IMG/VR virus record: IMGVR_UViG_3300034683_000142
Coordinates: 34,885 to 98,884 of that record
DNA: 64,000 bases
Direction: 5' to 3' (one strand)
Source: a virus
Shown here: positions 47,901 to 57,659 of the stretch, piece by piece
Position numbering within the stretch: position 1 is the stretch's first letter
Layout of the letters: the number at the start of each line of letters is the position of its first letter
The notes under the pieces: generated by a model
The model's input: the letters and a program-made list of their open reading frames with translations, nothing else
Database searches by the model: none
Told to the model about the DNA's origin: nothing
Made by a program: the position numbers and the translations under genes

Positions 47901-49582
47901 AATCTATATCATCTATATTTATATCTACAGGCCATCTTAATAGGTAATCTTTATTACCTTCTACAGCATATATAAAATCTTTAGATACTTTTAAAGATAT
48001 ATTAGCACCAGTTATTTTAGTTAAATCCCTTTTACAAATAGCAAAATCTGGAGAATCAGGATGTCTGATATCTAGGGTTATCATTAATGCGCCCCTTTAT
48101 TTGGACTATATCTTATCTTACTTAATAGTAAGACTTGGGTTCTCTAGCTGGTTATTAAGGGAATCCTCTTTCCCTCCAGTAGTCTCTACACCTTCTTCAG
48201 AATGGTCTGAAGCTCGGCTCGGTATTGTACTATTTATAGTAGTTTCACCGAATTCTCCCAATTCAAGACGCAGCGCATTGTATTTATTATATTTTCTTTT
48301 CAGTACAATTAAATCTTCTTTACCATACATGGCTTTTAAAATTCTTAATACTGAATCTTTCGATGACATTTCTAGGACATAACAATTTTCATCACCTTTA
48401 GGGTGAAGGCTTGATACAACTTTATTCTTTTCAAGTAATTTTTGTATAGCATATAATAGTTTATAAGAACCTGTAAAACATATTTTATACCATAATCTAT
48501 TACGATCTTTTCTATGTCCGAATGTTAAACATCCATCTCCATCAAAAAAACCTAATAGCATATATGGTTGTAAATCTTTTCTTATTCTAGGAAATGTTTT
48601 ATTCTCTTTAGAATTACATAACCTATTTATATCTTCTACTATTTTTCTATTACCTATACTCAATTTTGCATTAGGAAATGTTCTAGATTCTCTATTTAAC
48701 TTGGTATAAGTTCTTACTTGTCCTCCTATTTCTGAGGCTATAAAGTCTAGTATTTCTTTATCTGCAATAGCACATCCATAAACTAAATCAGAATTACTAA
48801 TATACCCATCTGCTAAAGTGTATCCTAAAATATAAGCTTTTTCCTTAGTGTCAATAGTACTAAAGTAATTTTCATTGTAAATAGGTTTTTTATATTTCAT
48901 ATCATTTTCTAAACCATATTTATGAATTCAATAACTTATAGCACTTCTCTTTATATTAACTCCAGGAAGAGCTTCTATTTGTCTAGTACTTAGTCCTTTC
49001 TCTAAGCATTCCATTAAAAATTGTTCGTCCATAATATTTACTCTGTATATTTTCAATATTAAAAAATGTTTCATCTGTTTTACGTCTTCCACTCTGCCCA
49101 ATTGTATTGGTTACATTACTAAATAAATCCATAAATGGTATAATCCCAGTAGTAGTTTTAGCAGCATTATTAACAGAAGCGCCTTTAGGTCTTAAAACTG
49201 AAATGTCTACTCCAACTCCTCCTCTTCTTTTATAGATATTAGCCATATATTTAGCTGTATCAAAGATTTCTGATATAGAATCTTCAGTGCTAAGAACATA
49301 GCAATTACTAAGGCTTACAGGCTTATCAGTACCTATTCCATATAGTACAGAGCCTCCAGGAATTATATATTTAAAATCTTTAAATAAAGTATGTAAGGTT
49401 TCTCTATATGGATTGTTTAGCCTCTTTTTTCCATACTCTGATAGATTTCTATCATAACTAAAAGATCTATCAAACCCTTTTTCCAGTCTTTCAAAAAATT
49501 GTTCTAAACTTTCTCCTTCTTGTCTATACTTGTCTTTCCAAACATCATAGGCTAGTTCATCATGTTTAAAATAATCTTCCAT
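44970..49582 (-). CDS. nrdJ: Class II (B12-dependent) ribonucleotide reductase, split into three exons: 49582-49082, 48093-47695, 46538-44970 (~822 aa)
   Basis: Joining the exons restores GQSGRR|GALMITLDIRHPD and STNPCG|EIPL. Also SLSNCYV, DSCRL, TVAPTGSLS and a C-terminal Cys cluster. Confidence 0.92.
46539..47694 (-). mobile_element. Group I intron 2 in nrdJ (1156 nt)
   Basis: P1 pairing TGCGGT/GCTGCA has a U.G at the splice site. P AATTGCTGGAAA, Q AATCAGCAG, R GTTCACAGACTA, S AAGATATAGTC; terminal G. Confidence 0.9.
46556..47503 (-). CDS. Intron-encoded LAGLIDADG homing endonuclease (between core elements R and S)
   Basis: ILVSQMLGDGSI and MLYFLDDGY motifs. Confidence 0.85.
   Translation of the reverse strand: MKTFKERAEELALSCTRVKNNNVYETLAKEFGICKRTAGDRFKSLFGMPVSEFISNNLIPSEEKVIDCLVQSETYKEFYDLTGINDSVRLANTLKKYFGTSDYYKLKVLALSKIPSKKYNPTPEDNEAILVSQMLGDGSIERENSFKIEHGYKQYEYLKFKVSLFNKAYPQTNGLEKIRKRISKDNYESYVYRTGEVLHKQLSRLLHLSKKDLVSKLTPFGVMLYFLDDGYFSISKGKYITWELGFSTINTELQEALFEYFKTYGYTFNITPKAIILQSKPTIIKFIKDFLEPFKDIIPKSMYYKFNLEDIVEMI
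48094..49081 (-). mobile_element. Group I intron 1 in nrdJ (988 nt)
   Basis: 5' exon ends in U (CGT) and the intron ends in G. Core elements: P AATTCGGTGAAA, Q AATACCGAG, R GTAGAGACTA, S AAGATATAGTCC. Confidence 0.88.
48118..49032 (-). CDS. Intron-encoded LAGLIDADG homing endonuclease with an N-terminal HTH-like region, 304 aa (TGA=Trp at codon 35)
   Basis: ATG at 49032 gives MDEQFL...SAISY-W(TGA 48930-48928)-IHKYGL, in frame with 48118..48900. Motifs AYILGYTLADGYI and MLLGFFDGDGC. Confidence 0.85.
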
Positions 49583-49869
49583 TAATTATTATTAGGATTA
49601 AGTTTTACAATTTTAGGATGATCTTCTTCATCTATAATATCTTCATCAGATATTTCATTATCTAAAGTTGTGTCTTTTTCCTCTTGTTCAGATCTTAATT
49701 TCAAAGTCAGCCAGTTATTAAAGTCAAATTGAGTAACCATTTTTAATACTTTATCCATCTCTTCTTGACTTTTTATATCTGGATTTTCTTCTATAGATTT
49801 TCTTCTTGTATCTGAAATCATATAAGCTCCAAATGATACTAAATCTCTTTCATCAAATAGTGTTACCAT
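49582..49869 (-). CDS. Hypothetical protein
   Basis: 95-aa ORF coupled to the nrdJ start; acidic C-terminus. Confidence 0.6.
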   Translation of the reverse strand: MVTLFDERDLVSFGAYMISDTRRKSIEENPDIKSQEEMDKVLKMVTQFDFNNWLTLKLRSEQEEKDTTLDNEISDEDIIDEEDHPKIVKLNPNNN

Positions 49870-49889
49870 TTTTAAAATTTTATAATTAA

Positions 49890-50153
49890 TTATTTATCAT
49901 CTTTTAGTAATGAATCTAGTTCTTTCTTCCAATCAGGATTATTTTCACTCCAGATAACCTTTTCTGAATCTTCTCCCACTAATTCTACTAGTGGAACTTT
50001 TTTAGTTCCATTCTTTGTAAGAATAGGAATTCCTTTTTTCTTTTCTTTGTAATGACTTAGACTGTAAATTTCCTTCTTTACATTATAGTCTTTAACAATG
50101 TCTAGAATAAATTTACAGTCGTCGTCATACACAATTTTAATTAACTGATACAT
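49890..50153 (-). CDS. Possible glutaredoxin/thioredoxin-fold protein (single Cys)
   Basis: 87 aa next to nrdJ, with DDDC and G-x3-VP patterns but no CxxC. Confidence 0.4.
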   Translation of the reverse strand: MYQLIKIVYDDDCKFILDIVKDYNVKKEIYSLSHYKEKKKGIPILTKNGTKKVPLVELVGEDSEKVIWSENNPDWKKELDSLLKDDK

Positions 50154-50904
50154 TCAATAGTTTTGATAACAGTATTGTTTTATCTGCTATGTTAACTATA
50201 TCTTTTTTATCGTGGCTGATAATGTCGGTAAAAGCATTATATACTTGAAATTTACTAGGATTAATTCCTCCAGGCACAAAATACTTACTATCCGAATCTA
50301 AATATAAATCTTTATATACTTCAATAGGAACAGACGAAGGTATTCTTATTTTATCAAATCCTTTATCATCATAATGACTTATTGTAAAATCTACCCATTC
50401 TCCTAGTTGAATCTTTTTATCCTCACGGACAAAATATTCATTTTTCATTCCCTCTAATACTTTATGCATATTATTTTCCTTTTCAACAAGCTCTTTTAAA
50501 GAACTATAATTTATAGGTTCATCTGGTTTTAATTCTTGAATATTTAACCAAGATGGATCAAATACACATAAGTTTAAACACGCTTTATTTAATACACCTC
50601 TATAAATTTTTGCAACAGGTTTCCTAACATCTAAGCCATATATTAAACCATATGTTTCTGCATGATTATCTACAGTATATTTATCTGGTAATACAGCTTG
50701 TATCCATACTCTATTATATACCACATCTTTAGAATCTTTTGTAAGACTCATTTGATCTGCTTCCTTAACCTGTATAATAAAGTTATCAGTTACTTTACTA
50801 AGTTTCTCAAAAAATGGTTCTGCATATTCTCTAGTAGGTAAGTATTCTCTATTTTTAATTATTGTGCTTTTGCCTTTAAGCAATGCATCTGCACTAATTT
50901 CCAT
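50137..50904 (-). CDS. DUF932-like conserved phage protein
   Basis: KIYRGVLNKACLNLCVF and FQVYNAFTD motifs. Confidence 0.6.
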   Translation of the reverse strand: MEISADALLKGKSTIIKNREYLPTREYAEPFFEKLSKVTDNFIIQVKEADQMSLTKDSKDVVYNRVWIQAVLPDKYTVDNHAETYGLIYGLDVRKPVAKIYRGVLNKACLNLCVFDPSWLNIQELKPDEPINYSSLKELVEKENNMHKVLEGMKNEYFVREDKKIQLGEWVDFTISHYDDKGFDKIRIPSSVPIEVYKDLYLDSDSKYFVPGGINPSKFQVYNAFTDIISHDKKDIVNIADKTILLSKLLNVSVN

Positions 50905-50907
50905 AAT

Positions 50908-52251
50908 TCATTCTTTTATTATGCCGTCTAATGTATCTCCGTTTTTATCTATGAGGGTAAAGTCACATCCCCATTTAGCAAATCCGAAATTAGCATGTAT
51001 CCAATTACTAGAACCAAATAAGCTACTTACAGATTTGTATTTAAAAGCTCTTCCATACGTTGTAGCACTATGATGTAAATCACCTTTTACTACAGTAATG
51101 TCACCTCCTAAATTATGATATCTTATATATTCATCAAAGTATAACTCTGTTCTGTCATTAAGTACAAGGGGAAAATTCTTAAATTGGTCCATATTATCTT
51201 TACCATGTAAGAATATAACAGTTTTATCACCAATAATAAAGTGATCTATAGGCCTAACCGCTACATATGTACTAATACCTTCATGCTCTAGCATTATAGC
51301 TAATGCTGTAATAATACTATGTTCAAAATCTCCACCATGATTTGAATGACCAACAGATACAAAGAATATATCAGAATTTGGATTATTATCTTTTAAATTT
51401 GTAAAGAAACCACTCATTTGTCTTAATAAAACTTGTCCTTGTTCTTTATTAGACATATTTTGTGGAAGAATGTGAGTTGAATCAGGTCTTGAGGTTTGTG
51501 CATTATATCCATCAATTGCATCTCCTAAATTTAAAATAATTATATTTTTAAATGTACCATTATAACTATTTATTTTGTTTAGGATTATATTTAACCTTCT
51601 ATGAACTTCTTCCTCATCATACTTATTATCATATACTCCTTCTTCAGACACATAAGCTCCAATATGCATATCACTTAAATACACTATAATAGTTTCATTA
51701 GAGCTATCTAATTTGATAGTATTAAACTTATCTTTATTTATGTCTTCGGAAATATATTTTGCAGATTCAAAATCTTCTTTAAGTTTTTGATGTTCTAATA
51801 AAAGTTCATTATATTTTTTCTTATATAAATCTCCTTTATCTTGTTCATACTTCTTAAGAAAATCTACCTCTTTCTGCTTTATATGTAATTCTAGTAACTC
51901 TTCGGTTGTTCTAGATTCTAGAACATGAGGAGGAAATGGTACTACAGACTTAGTGACATTAAAAGCACGTAGTATCTTTTTAAATTCAGATACTGTATAT
52001 GGAAAATGTCTAGATATATTCCTCTGAGTAAGATTAGCTCCATCAGAAGAGTACTCTCTATATATTAGTTCCATTTCTTCGTTAGTAAGAAATCCTTCTA
52101 ACGGTCTAGAATCTCTAACATATATCTTAAATCTATAGCCATTTATCTTTCCATCTTCGTCTCTAACTGGTTCTCCTACAGACCTTTGGTCAAATGCTTC
52201 ATCCTGTGAGGCATTATATTCAACTTCTCGTAAATCTTTCTTTTTTTTCAT
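50908..52251 (-). CDS. Calcineurin-like metallophosphoesterase with an N-terminal extension
   Basis: SDMHIG, LGDAIDG, SNH, HGK and GDLHH metal-binding motifs. Ends in TGA. Confidence 0.8.
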   Translation of the reverse strand: MKKKKDLREVEYNASQDEAFDQRSVGEPVRDEDGKINGYRFKIYVRDSRPLEGFLTNEEMELIYREYSSDGANLTQRNISRHFPYTVSEFKKILRAFNVTKSVVPFPPHVLESRTTEELLELHIKQKEVDFLKKYEQDKGDLYKKKYNELLLEHQKLKEDFESAKYISEDINKDKFNTIKLDSSNETIIVYLSDMHIGAYVSEEGVYDNKYDEEEVHRRLNIILNKINSYNGTFKNIIILNLGDAIDGYNAQTSRPDSTHILPQNMSNKEQGQVLLRQMSGFFTNLKDNNPNSDIFFVSVGHSNHGGDFEHSIITALAIMLEHEGISTYVAVRPIDHFIIGDKTVIFLHGKDNMDQFKNFPLVLNDRTELYFDEYIRYHNLGGDITVVKGDLHHSATTYGRAFKYKSVSSLFGSSNWIHANFGFAKWGCDFTLIDKNGDTLDGIIKE

Positions 52252-52288
52252 TATGTAATCTATAAGTTTAAATCTTAAATTAGACTAA

Positions 52289-52317
52289 AAAAGGTGAGGA
52301 ATGTTTCCCCACCTTTG
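52289..52317 (-). terminator. Intrinsic terminator
   Basis: On - strand: AAAGGTG-GGGAAACATTCC-TCACCTTTTTT. Confidence 0.6.
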
Positions 52318-52326
52318 TAATTGTTT

Positions 52327-52908
52327 TTAGTACTCTTCTACGGCAAAAACAAATTTACCCATTTTAGCGGAAGCAGACGGAGTATATTCTCCATAAGCTG
52401 CGTACTTCTGCCCTTCGGTCACCTCTTTAACGATTTCAATTACGTAAGGTTTCCGATTTTCCTTAATAAGTTCCTTCATAAGATCTAAAGCTTGGTCTTT
52501 CTTAGTAGCCTTTCCCTCTACTTTACCAGTAGATATAACAGTTACTTCAGGAACATCTACATCTTCTCCATTTTCATCTTTTACCGTGCGGTATTTTACC
52601 TTAAATTCAGCTTCTTTTATTTGGTAAGTAGTAGTTGTTTTTCTCTTACCTTTAGTAGCCTCATTAATAATTTTATACGGTCGTTCTCGAGTATCTTCTG
52701 AAGCGGACTCCAGAACAATATAAGCCCCTGAATTTCTATTTTCTTTTAAATAGTTTTCAAGGAATTCCGCTAATTTTTTACCACCTTGTGGCTCACCTGC
52801 CTTTTTCCAAGAGAGTGTGGCATTTTTTAATTTCTCAAAAGGAATTACAAATCCTGTTTCTTCATAAGCTTTTTTCTTGCTGTATCCCTGCGATTCTGCA
52901 ATTTTCAT
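52327..52908 (-). CDS. Conserved hypothetical protein
   Basis: 193-aa ORF with its own candidate promoter and terminator. Confidence 0.7.
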   Translation of the reverse strand: MKIAESQGYSKKKAYEETGFVIPFEKLKNATLSWKKAGEPQGGKKLAEFLENYLKENRNSGAYIVLESASEDTRERPYKIINEATKGKRKTTTTYQIKEAEFKVKYRTVKDENGEDVDVPEVTVISTGKVEGKATKKDQALDLMKELIKENRKPYVIEIVKEVTEGQKYAAYGEYTPSASAKMGKFVFAVEEY

Positions 52909-52972
52909 ATTTACATATTACATTAAAAATTGTTAATTTACCATCTACTAGTATTTCCATCTAATTGTATTA

Positions 52973-52980
52973 CAAAGTTA
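52973..52980 (-). promoter_or_regulatory. Candidate Bacteroidota sigma-A -7 element (TAnnTTTG)
   Basis: TAACTTTG in the 190-nt intergenic gap upstream of 52908. No clear -33 TTTG at canonical spacing. Confidence 0.4.
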
Positions 52981-53101
52981 CAACAATTAAAATTCTAAAA
53001 TTGCCTCAACTTTGATAATTTTTATCTGTTTACTTGGTTAGTGTCTAAACATAGTATATGTATATAATAAATCTAAAAATAATTATTATAATAAACTCAT
53101 A

Positions 53102-54010
53102 TTATATTCCAAATCCTATTCTAGATTTATTATACTTTGCATTGGTATAATTTTTCTTATCTGTTGGATTTAATACTTGATTTACTGCTTTATCAATACT
53201 ATAATCTAAAACATACACACATATAAATATTTCCTTTAAATCAGCTAACGAGCAATCCTTAGTTGCTTCAACTAAGGTACTTATATCTTCTTCTGGAACA
53301 TTTTTATATCTAAAATATTCTTCTCTAGTTTTTTCAGATGGGTATCCTATTTCTATTTTTAAATCTAATCTACTTGGTCTTAAAAAAGTTTCAGGAATGT
53401 CCTCAGTATTGTTGCTAGTTCCTATAACTAAATGATGATTTAAATGAAACTGACCGTCTAAAAAATCCAATAAACCTGCTTCTACTTCTCTATATTGATC
53501 TATGTCTTCTAATATAGTTATTATAGGAGTGTCTTTTTGAATTTTTCTAAATCCGTACTGAATAAAGTCTATGTAATTAGATAAATTATTTATACCATAT
53601 ACTTTAAACACTACACCTCCATTTTTAATTAACTCTTTACTTATAATGTTTATGATAGTACTTTTACCAGTACCTGCGAAACCTGCCAATAAAATTCCTC
53701 TTTTATGTATTAGTTTCTTTTTTTCATATACATCTTTTTTATCCCAAAATGTTTGAATTTCATCTAATAAATTTTTAGTTATAGAATCACTAAAAACAAA
53801 TAATTCATCTGTATCAACATTTATAGGTTTACAAGTAAATCCTTTGTCATTACTATAATCTATTTTATACATTCCAGGAGGCAGTTCCTTATATATAGTA
53901 ATATCTGTAGATGGCATAAAGACATCCTTGTCTCTAACCCATATGGACGCTTTACTAACTATATCCTCATCCATATAATATTCCTCACTAAATTCTGTTA
54001 TACTCTCCAT
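53102..54010 (-). CDS. AAA+ ATPase
   Basis: RGILLAGFAGTGKS (Walker A), ILEDID (Walker B) and RPSRLD. Confidence 0.85.
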   Translation of the reverse strand: MESITEFSEEYYMDEDIVSKASIWVRDKDVFMPSTDITIYKELPPGMYKIDYSNDKGFTCKPINVDTDELFVFSDSITKNLLDEIQTFWDKKDVYEKKKLIHKRGILLAGFAGTGKSTIINIISKELIKNGGVVFKVYGINNLSNYIDFIQYGFRKIQKDTPIITILEDIDQYREVEAGLLDFLDGQFHLNHHLVIGTSNNTEDIPETFLRPSRLDLKIEIGYPSEKTREEYFRYKNVPEEDISTLVEATKDCSLADLKEIFICVYVLDYSIDKAVNQVLNPTDKKNYTNAKYNKSRIGFGI

Positions 54011-54019
54011 AACTAAAAA

Positions 54020-54394
54020 TTAAAATGGAGTCCATGTATTTAATAACTCCTTTATTTTATTTATAATTTGTTTTGAATCAGTTAATCCATATGAATTAAA
54101 TTTACTAACACCATATGATAAATCATCTACTAACATAGATAAATTTTCTAAAGCATTATAGAAAGAAGTTCCTTCTTTTTCTTTAGTTATTTGTAATAAT
54201 ACATCTAGTGTAGTAAGTTTAGGATTTTTCTCTTTTAATTTATTAGCTGTTAAGGCTACTAATGATATAAGAATTAGTTTATCATCAAACTCATCAGATA
54301 ATAAATTCCCAAATCCAAAACATCTTACATATAACTTAAATCTATCCTCATATGATAACTTATTAATCTCATTAGTTATCTCATCAACATTCAT
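54020..54394 (-). CDS. Hypothetical protein
   Basis: ORF overlapping the exonuclease stop; ATG start MNVDE assumed. Confidence 0.6.
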   Translation of the reverse strand: MNVDEITNEINKLSYEDRFKLYVRCFGFGNLLSDEFDDKLILISLVALTANKLKEKNPKLTTLDVLLQITKEKEGTSFYNALENLSMLVDDLSYGVSKFNSYGLTDSKQIINKIKELLNTWTPF

Positions 54395-55382
54395 AGGCAA
54401 CAAGTATTAATAAATTTTTAAACTCTTCTAAGCCTTTTTTAATCCATTTATCTGATATTTTAAATACTCCAGAATTATATTCTGGAATAGTTTCTATAGC
54501 TAGAATATTAGCTTTATATTTATATCCTTCTAAATTTAAACAGTTATTTAGTAAATATAAATACATTGCCAACTGTCTATAATATCTGTATTTCTCAAAT
54601 GATCCAGGAATATAAATCCCATTAAATTCATTACCCATAAAAAAAGATAAAGGCTTGCCAGTAGATTTTACATCATTAAGAGTTATGATTTTTTGTTCAT
54701 GGTCAATAGTAAAATTATCTAATTTACCTTTTACCTTTACTATTTTATCTCCAACTTGTATCTCTCCTAATATAGCATATTCATTATATACTTCAGGATC
54801 ATTTATAATTCCTTTTGGATACAATGTGCTCATAAATTCATTATTACTTATTATATTAGAAATACAAATATCAAATATACTAGCCATAGACTTAGATAAG
54901 AATATAGTAGATTTGTCTAAACTTTCTTTTACTTTAAGTCTATTTAAATAGAATTCAATAGATTCTTTTATTGCAGTTTTTAATCTTTTACTTGTTAATT
55001 TATCCTTATAATAGTCAGATTTTTCAGAAGCTAATTTTATTGAGTCTTCTATACTATATCCTTCTTTTCTATACAGATAAACATTCTCTGCAAATACTCC
55101 TAATTTTCCAGATGGTTTTCTAATATCAGATATTTCATATTCATCTGGTTGTAAGAGCATACAATGGATACTAGAACCTAATTCTAATGAACTAGAATAT
55201 TTTGACTCTAATCCTTTTTTAAACTTATCTATAGAACCATCTTCTTCAGGATTAATAAGGCTTAGCCTACTATTACTTATATAATCAGAATATTTATCAG
55301 AAAAATATTCTTCATCACTCATTCGTAGGAGTTGTAAACTACCCGGAACTACTTTTAAAGATATTTCATTATCTATTTTCAC
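54384..55382 (-). CDS. PD-(D/E)xK exonuclease (RecE/DUF3799-like)
   Basis: ISNSRL, LGSSIH, KGKLD, DVKST and YYRQLAMY motifs. Confidence 0.8.
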   Translation of the reverse strand: MKIDNEISLKVVPGSLQLLRMSDEEYFSDKYSDYISNSRLSLINPEEDGSIDKFKKGLESKYSSSLELGSSIHCMLLQPDEYEISDIRKPSGKLGVFAENVYLYRKEGYSIEDSIKLASEKSDYYKDKLTSKRLKTAIKESIEFYLNRLKVKESLDKSTIFLSKSMASIFDICISNIISNNEFMSTLYPKGIINDPEVYNEYAILGEIQVGDKIVKVKGKLDNFTIDHEQKIITLNDVKSTGKPLSFFMGNEFNGIYIPGSFEKYRYYRQLAMYLYLLNNCLNLEGYKYKANILAIETIPEYNSGVFKISDKWIKKGLEEFKNLLILVAYEC

Positions 55383-55413
55383 TATTACATACTACTAAAC
55401 ATATTTTATTCAT

Positions 55414-56394
55414 TTATATCTTTTTATTAGGTATTTCAGTGTTTCCAAATATACTTAACTCTCCTGATAATACAGTATTACCAAAAATTCTAGAACATTC
55501 ATATATAAATACATCATCAGATACTTTAGCTTTACCATATACTTTTGCTAGGTCAAATATTTTAGCATAACCTTCTATAACTGCTTCTTCAAAAACCATT
55601 GCATCTCCATATACTTCTGGACTTCCTGTTATAATAGCTTTATTAAATACCTTAGCACCACCATATACTATAGCATTGCCTGATATTTTAGCATTATCAT
55701 ATATTACTGCAAAACCAAATACTCTAGCATTTTCAAATACTTGAGAAAAGTTTTTTAATCTAGCATGATCAAATATCTGTGCATCATCATATACTTTACA
55801 ATTATCTAGTATTTTAGCTTTGCCATATATTTTAGCACTGCCATATATTTCTGCATTATCATATATACTTACTCTATCTTTTACTATAGCATTGTCATAT
55901 ACTTTTGCATTTCCGAATATTTTAGCACTTCCTGATATTTTTGCATTTCCAAATACTTTGGCACTATCATATATGTTAGCTTCTTCTGATATGACAACAT
56001 TATCCATTACTTTAGCTGAATCACGTATTTCACTATGATCTTTTATTATAACATTTCCAGATACTTCTGCATTATCGGTTACTATTGCTTGATCAAGTAT
56101 AATAACATTATCTTTTACCACTGCATTTTTACATACAGTAGCATTATCAAATATTTGTGCATTGCCTTTTATAACAGCGTTATCAAGTATTCTTGCACTA
56201 TCACGTATTACAGCATAATCTTCTATTCTGGCATATATAGCTACATAACCTGAAAGTACTACTGCATTTTCTCCTACAAAGGCACTATCAGCTACCTCAG
56301 CCTTTTTGTATACCCAACCTCCACCATTAGGATGTTGACTCCACTCAGATCTATTTTGTTTTCCATATCTGGCCTCTAATTCTTTAAATGTCAT
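55414..56394 (-). CDS. Hexapeptide-repeat (left-handed beta-helix) protein
   Basis: Dozens of A-x-[VI]-x-[DG]-[DNS] hexapeptides. Likely start MTFKELE at 56394. Confidence 0.8.
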   Translation of the reverse strand: MTFKELEARYGKQNRSEWSQHPNGGGWVYKKAEVADSAFVGENAVVLSGYVAIYARIEDYAVIRDSARILDNAVIKGNAQIFDNATVCKNAVVKDNVIILDQAIVTDNAEVSGNVIIKDHSEIRDSAKVMDNVVISEEANIYDSAKVFGNAKISGSAKIFGNAKVYDNAIVKDRVSIYDNAEIYGSAKIYGKAKILDNCKVYDDAQIFDHARLKNFSQVFENARVFGFAVIYDNAKISGNAIVYGGAKVFNKAIITGSPEVYGDAMVFEEAVIEGYAKIFDLAKVYGKAKVSDDVFIYECSRIFGNTVLSGELSIFGNTEIPNKKI

Positions 56395-56395
56395 A

Positions 56396-56887
56396 TTATT
56401 TATTATTAAAAAATCTATTATACTTCTCCTCAATTTCTTTATATCTTAAAGAATTTATTCTATAAGGAGTTAATATATTGATATTATGAGGTCTAGTTAA
56501 TAATAATGCTGGTAGTCCAGATTCTATAGCTTTTATTACATTACTATAAGAGTCGTCTACCAGCACATCACACCTTCCCTTAATTAAAGTAGCTTTATTT
56601 CCTTTTTGATTGTATAATTGATATATAGGTTTTACAGGAAAGTTATTTTTTAATAACCAATTCTTAGTATATCTTTTACTATTTACCCTTTTAGTACAAT
56701 ATATATGAGGTTCAAAATCCATAGTTTCTAATACTGGTAAACTTTCCCAGAAATTTTTATTATTTCTGAGTTTATATACATTTCTGGTGATTTCATAATC
56801 TCCCTTTTTAGGTTTTCCATATAATCTATAATATGGATTCAAAAAATCCGCAATGCAGTCGTCAATATCACATGCTATCCTTAACAT
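56396..56887 (-). CDS. HAD-family 5'(3')-deoxyribonucleotidase-like protein
   Basis: DIDDCIAD and VLVDDS motifs, plus RPHN. Confidence 0.75.
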   Translation of the reverse strand: MLRIACDIDDCIADFLNPYYRLYGKPKKGDYEITRNVYKLRNNKNFWESLPVLETMDFEPHIYCTKRVNSKRYTKNWLLKNNFPVKPIYQLYNQKGNKATLIKGRCDVLVDDSYSNVIKAIESGLPALLLTRPHNINILTPYRINSLRYKEIEEKYNRFFNNK

Positions 56888-56889
56888 AT

Positions 56890-57141
56890 TTATTTATTGA
56901 ATATATTATTATATAACTCTTCTATTTTATTTTCTGACATAGATTTTGAATATACTGTTTTGTAAAAATAATCTATCTTATCTTCTGGTATAATTTCTTC
57001 TAAAGCAGTTGACAGTGCTTCATCAAAATTATTAAACACAGAATATAAATCAACATCATGTTCTATTGGAACCTCTTTTAGGAGCCTATTATTCTCCAAT
57101 ATATTATTTACTATAATGGAAAAATTATCTAAACTAATCAT
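56890..57141 (-). CDS. Small acidic protein, tandem paralog 4
   Basis: MISLDNF...DLY...EEIIP-x-DK...LYN-x-IF pattern. Confidence 0.7.
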   Translation of the reverse strand: MISLDNFSIIVNNILENNRLLKEVPIEHDVDLYSVFNNFDEALSTALEEIIPEDKIDYFYKTVYSKSMSENKIEELYNNIFNK

Positions 57142-57143
57142 AG

Positions 57144-57395
57144 TTATATTTCAAATATATCATGATATAAGTCTTCTATATTATCTTCTTTCAAATAACC
57201 AGAATACACTATATCATAAAAGTAGTCAGACTTATCTTTAGGAATAATTTCATCTATAGCTGCTGAAAGAGCCATATCTAAATCTTTAACCACAGGATAT
57301 AAATCTATACCATATTTTTTAGATAATTTCTTTGAGAGTTTGTTACTCCTTAATATACCAGATACTAGTATGTTAAAATTTTCTAAGCTTATCAT
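57144..57395 (-). CDS. Small acidic protein, tandem paralog 3
   Basis: Same pattern as the other three paralogs. Confidence 0.7.
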   Translation of the reverse strand: MISLENFNILVSGILRSNKLSKKLSKKYGIDLYPVVKDLDMALSAAIDEIIPKDKSDYFYDIVYSGYLKEDNIEDLYHDIFEI

Positions 57396-57401
57396 AACTC
57401 A

Positions 57402-57653
57402 TTATTCATTAAATATGTAATTATATGCTTCCTTTATTTCACTATCAGTCAAATCATCATATGCTACCATATCGATGAGATAGTCTATTTTTTCTTTTGG
57501 AATAAGTTCATTAAGAACTATATCCAAAGCAATTTCCAAATTTTCTGTTAATGGATAAATATCTATACCATATTTATCATACAGAAATTGTTTAGTATCA
57601 TCATTACTTGCTATAGCACGCACTAAACGATTAAAATCATCTAAATTCATCAT
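57402..57653 (-). CDS. Small acidic protein, tandem paralog 2
   Basis: Same pattern as the other three paralogs. Confidence 0.7.
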   Translation of the reverse strand: MMNLDDFNRLVRAIASNDDTKQFLYDKYGIDIYPLTENLEIALDIVLNELIPKEKIDYLIDMVAYDDLTDSEIKEAYNYIFNE

Positions 57654-57659
57654 ATTCTG

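Noticed and set aside
46539-49081. Inteins in nrdJ
   Set aside because: The inserts contain stops, change frame and carry group I P/Q/R/S elements. No intein Cys/His-Asn termini are present.
48983-49081. C-terminal extension of the 199-aa nrdJ exon-1 ORF
   Set aside because: It is read-through into intron sequence past the splice site and not part of the mature protein.
55414-56394. Repetitive DNA resembling a CRISPR or tandem-repeat array
   Set aside because: The 18-nt periodicity comes from hexapeptide protein repeats; there are no identical repeats with unique spacers.
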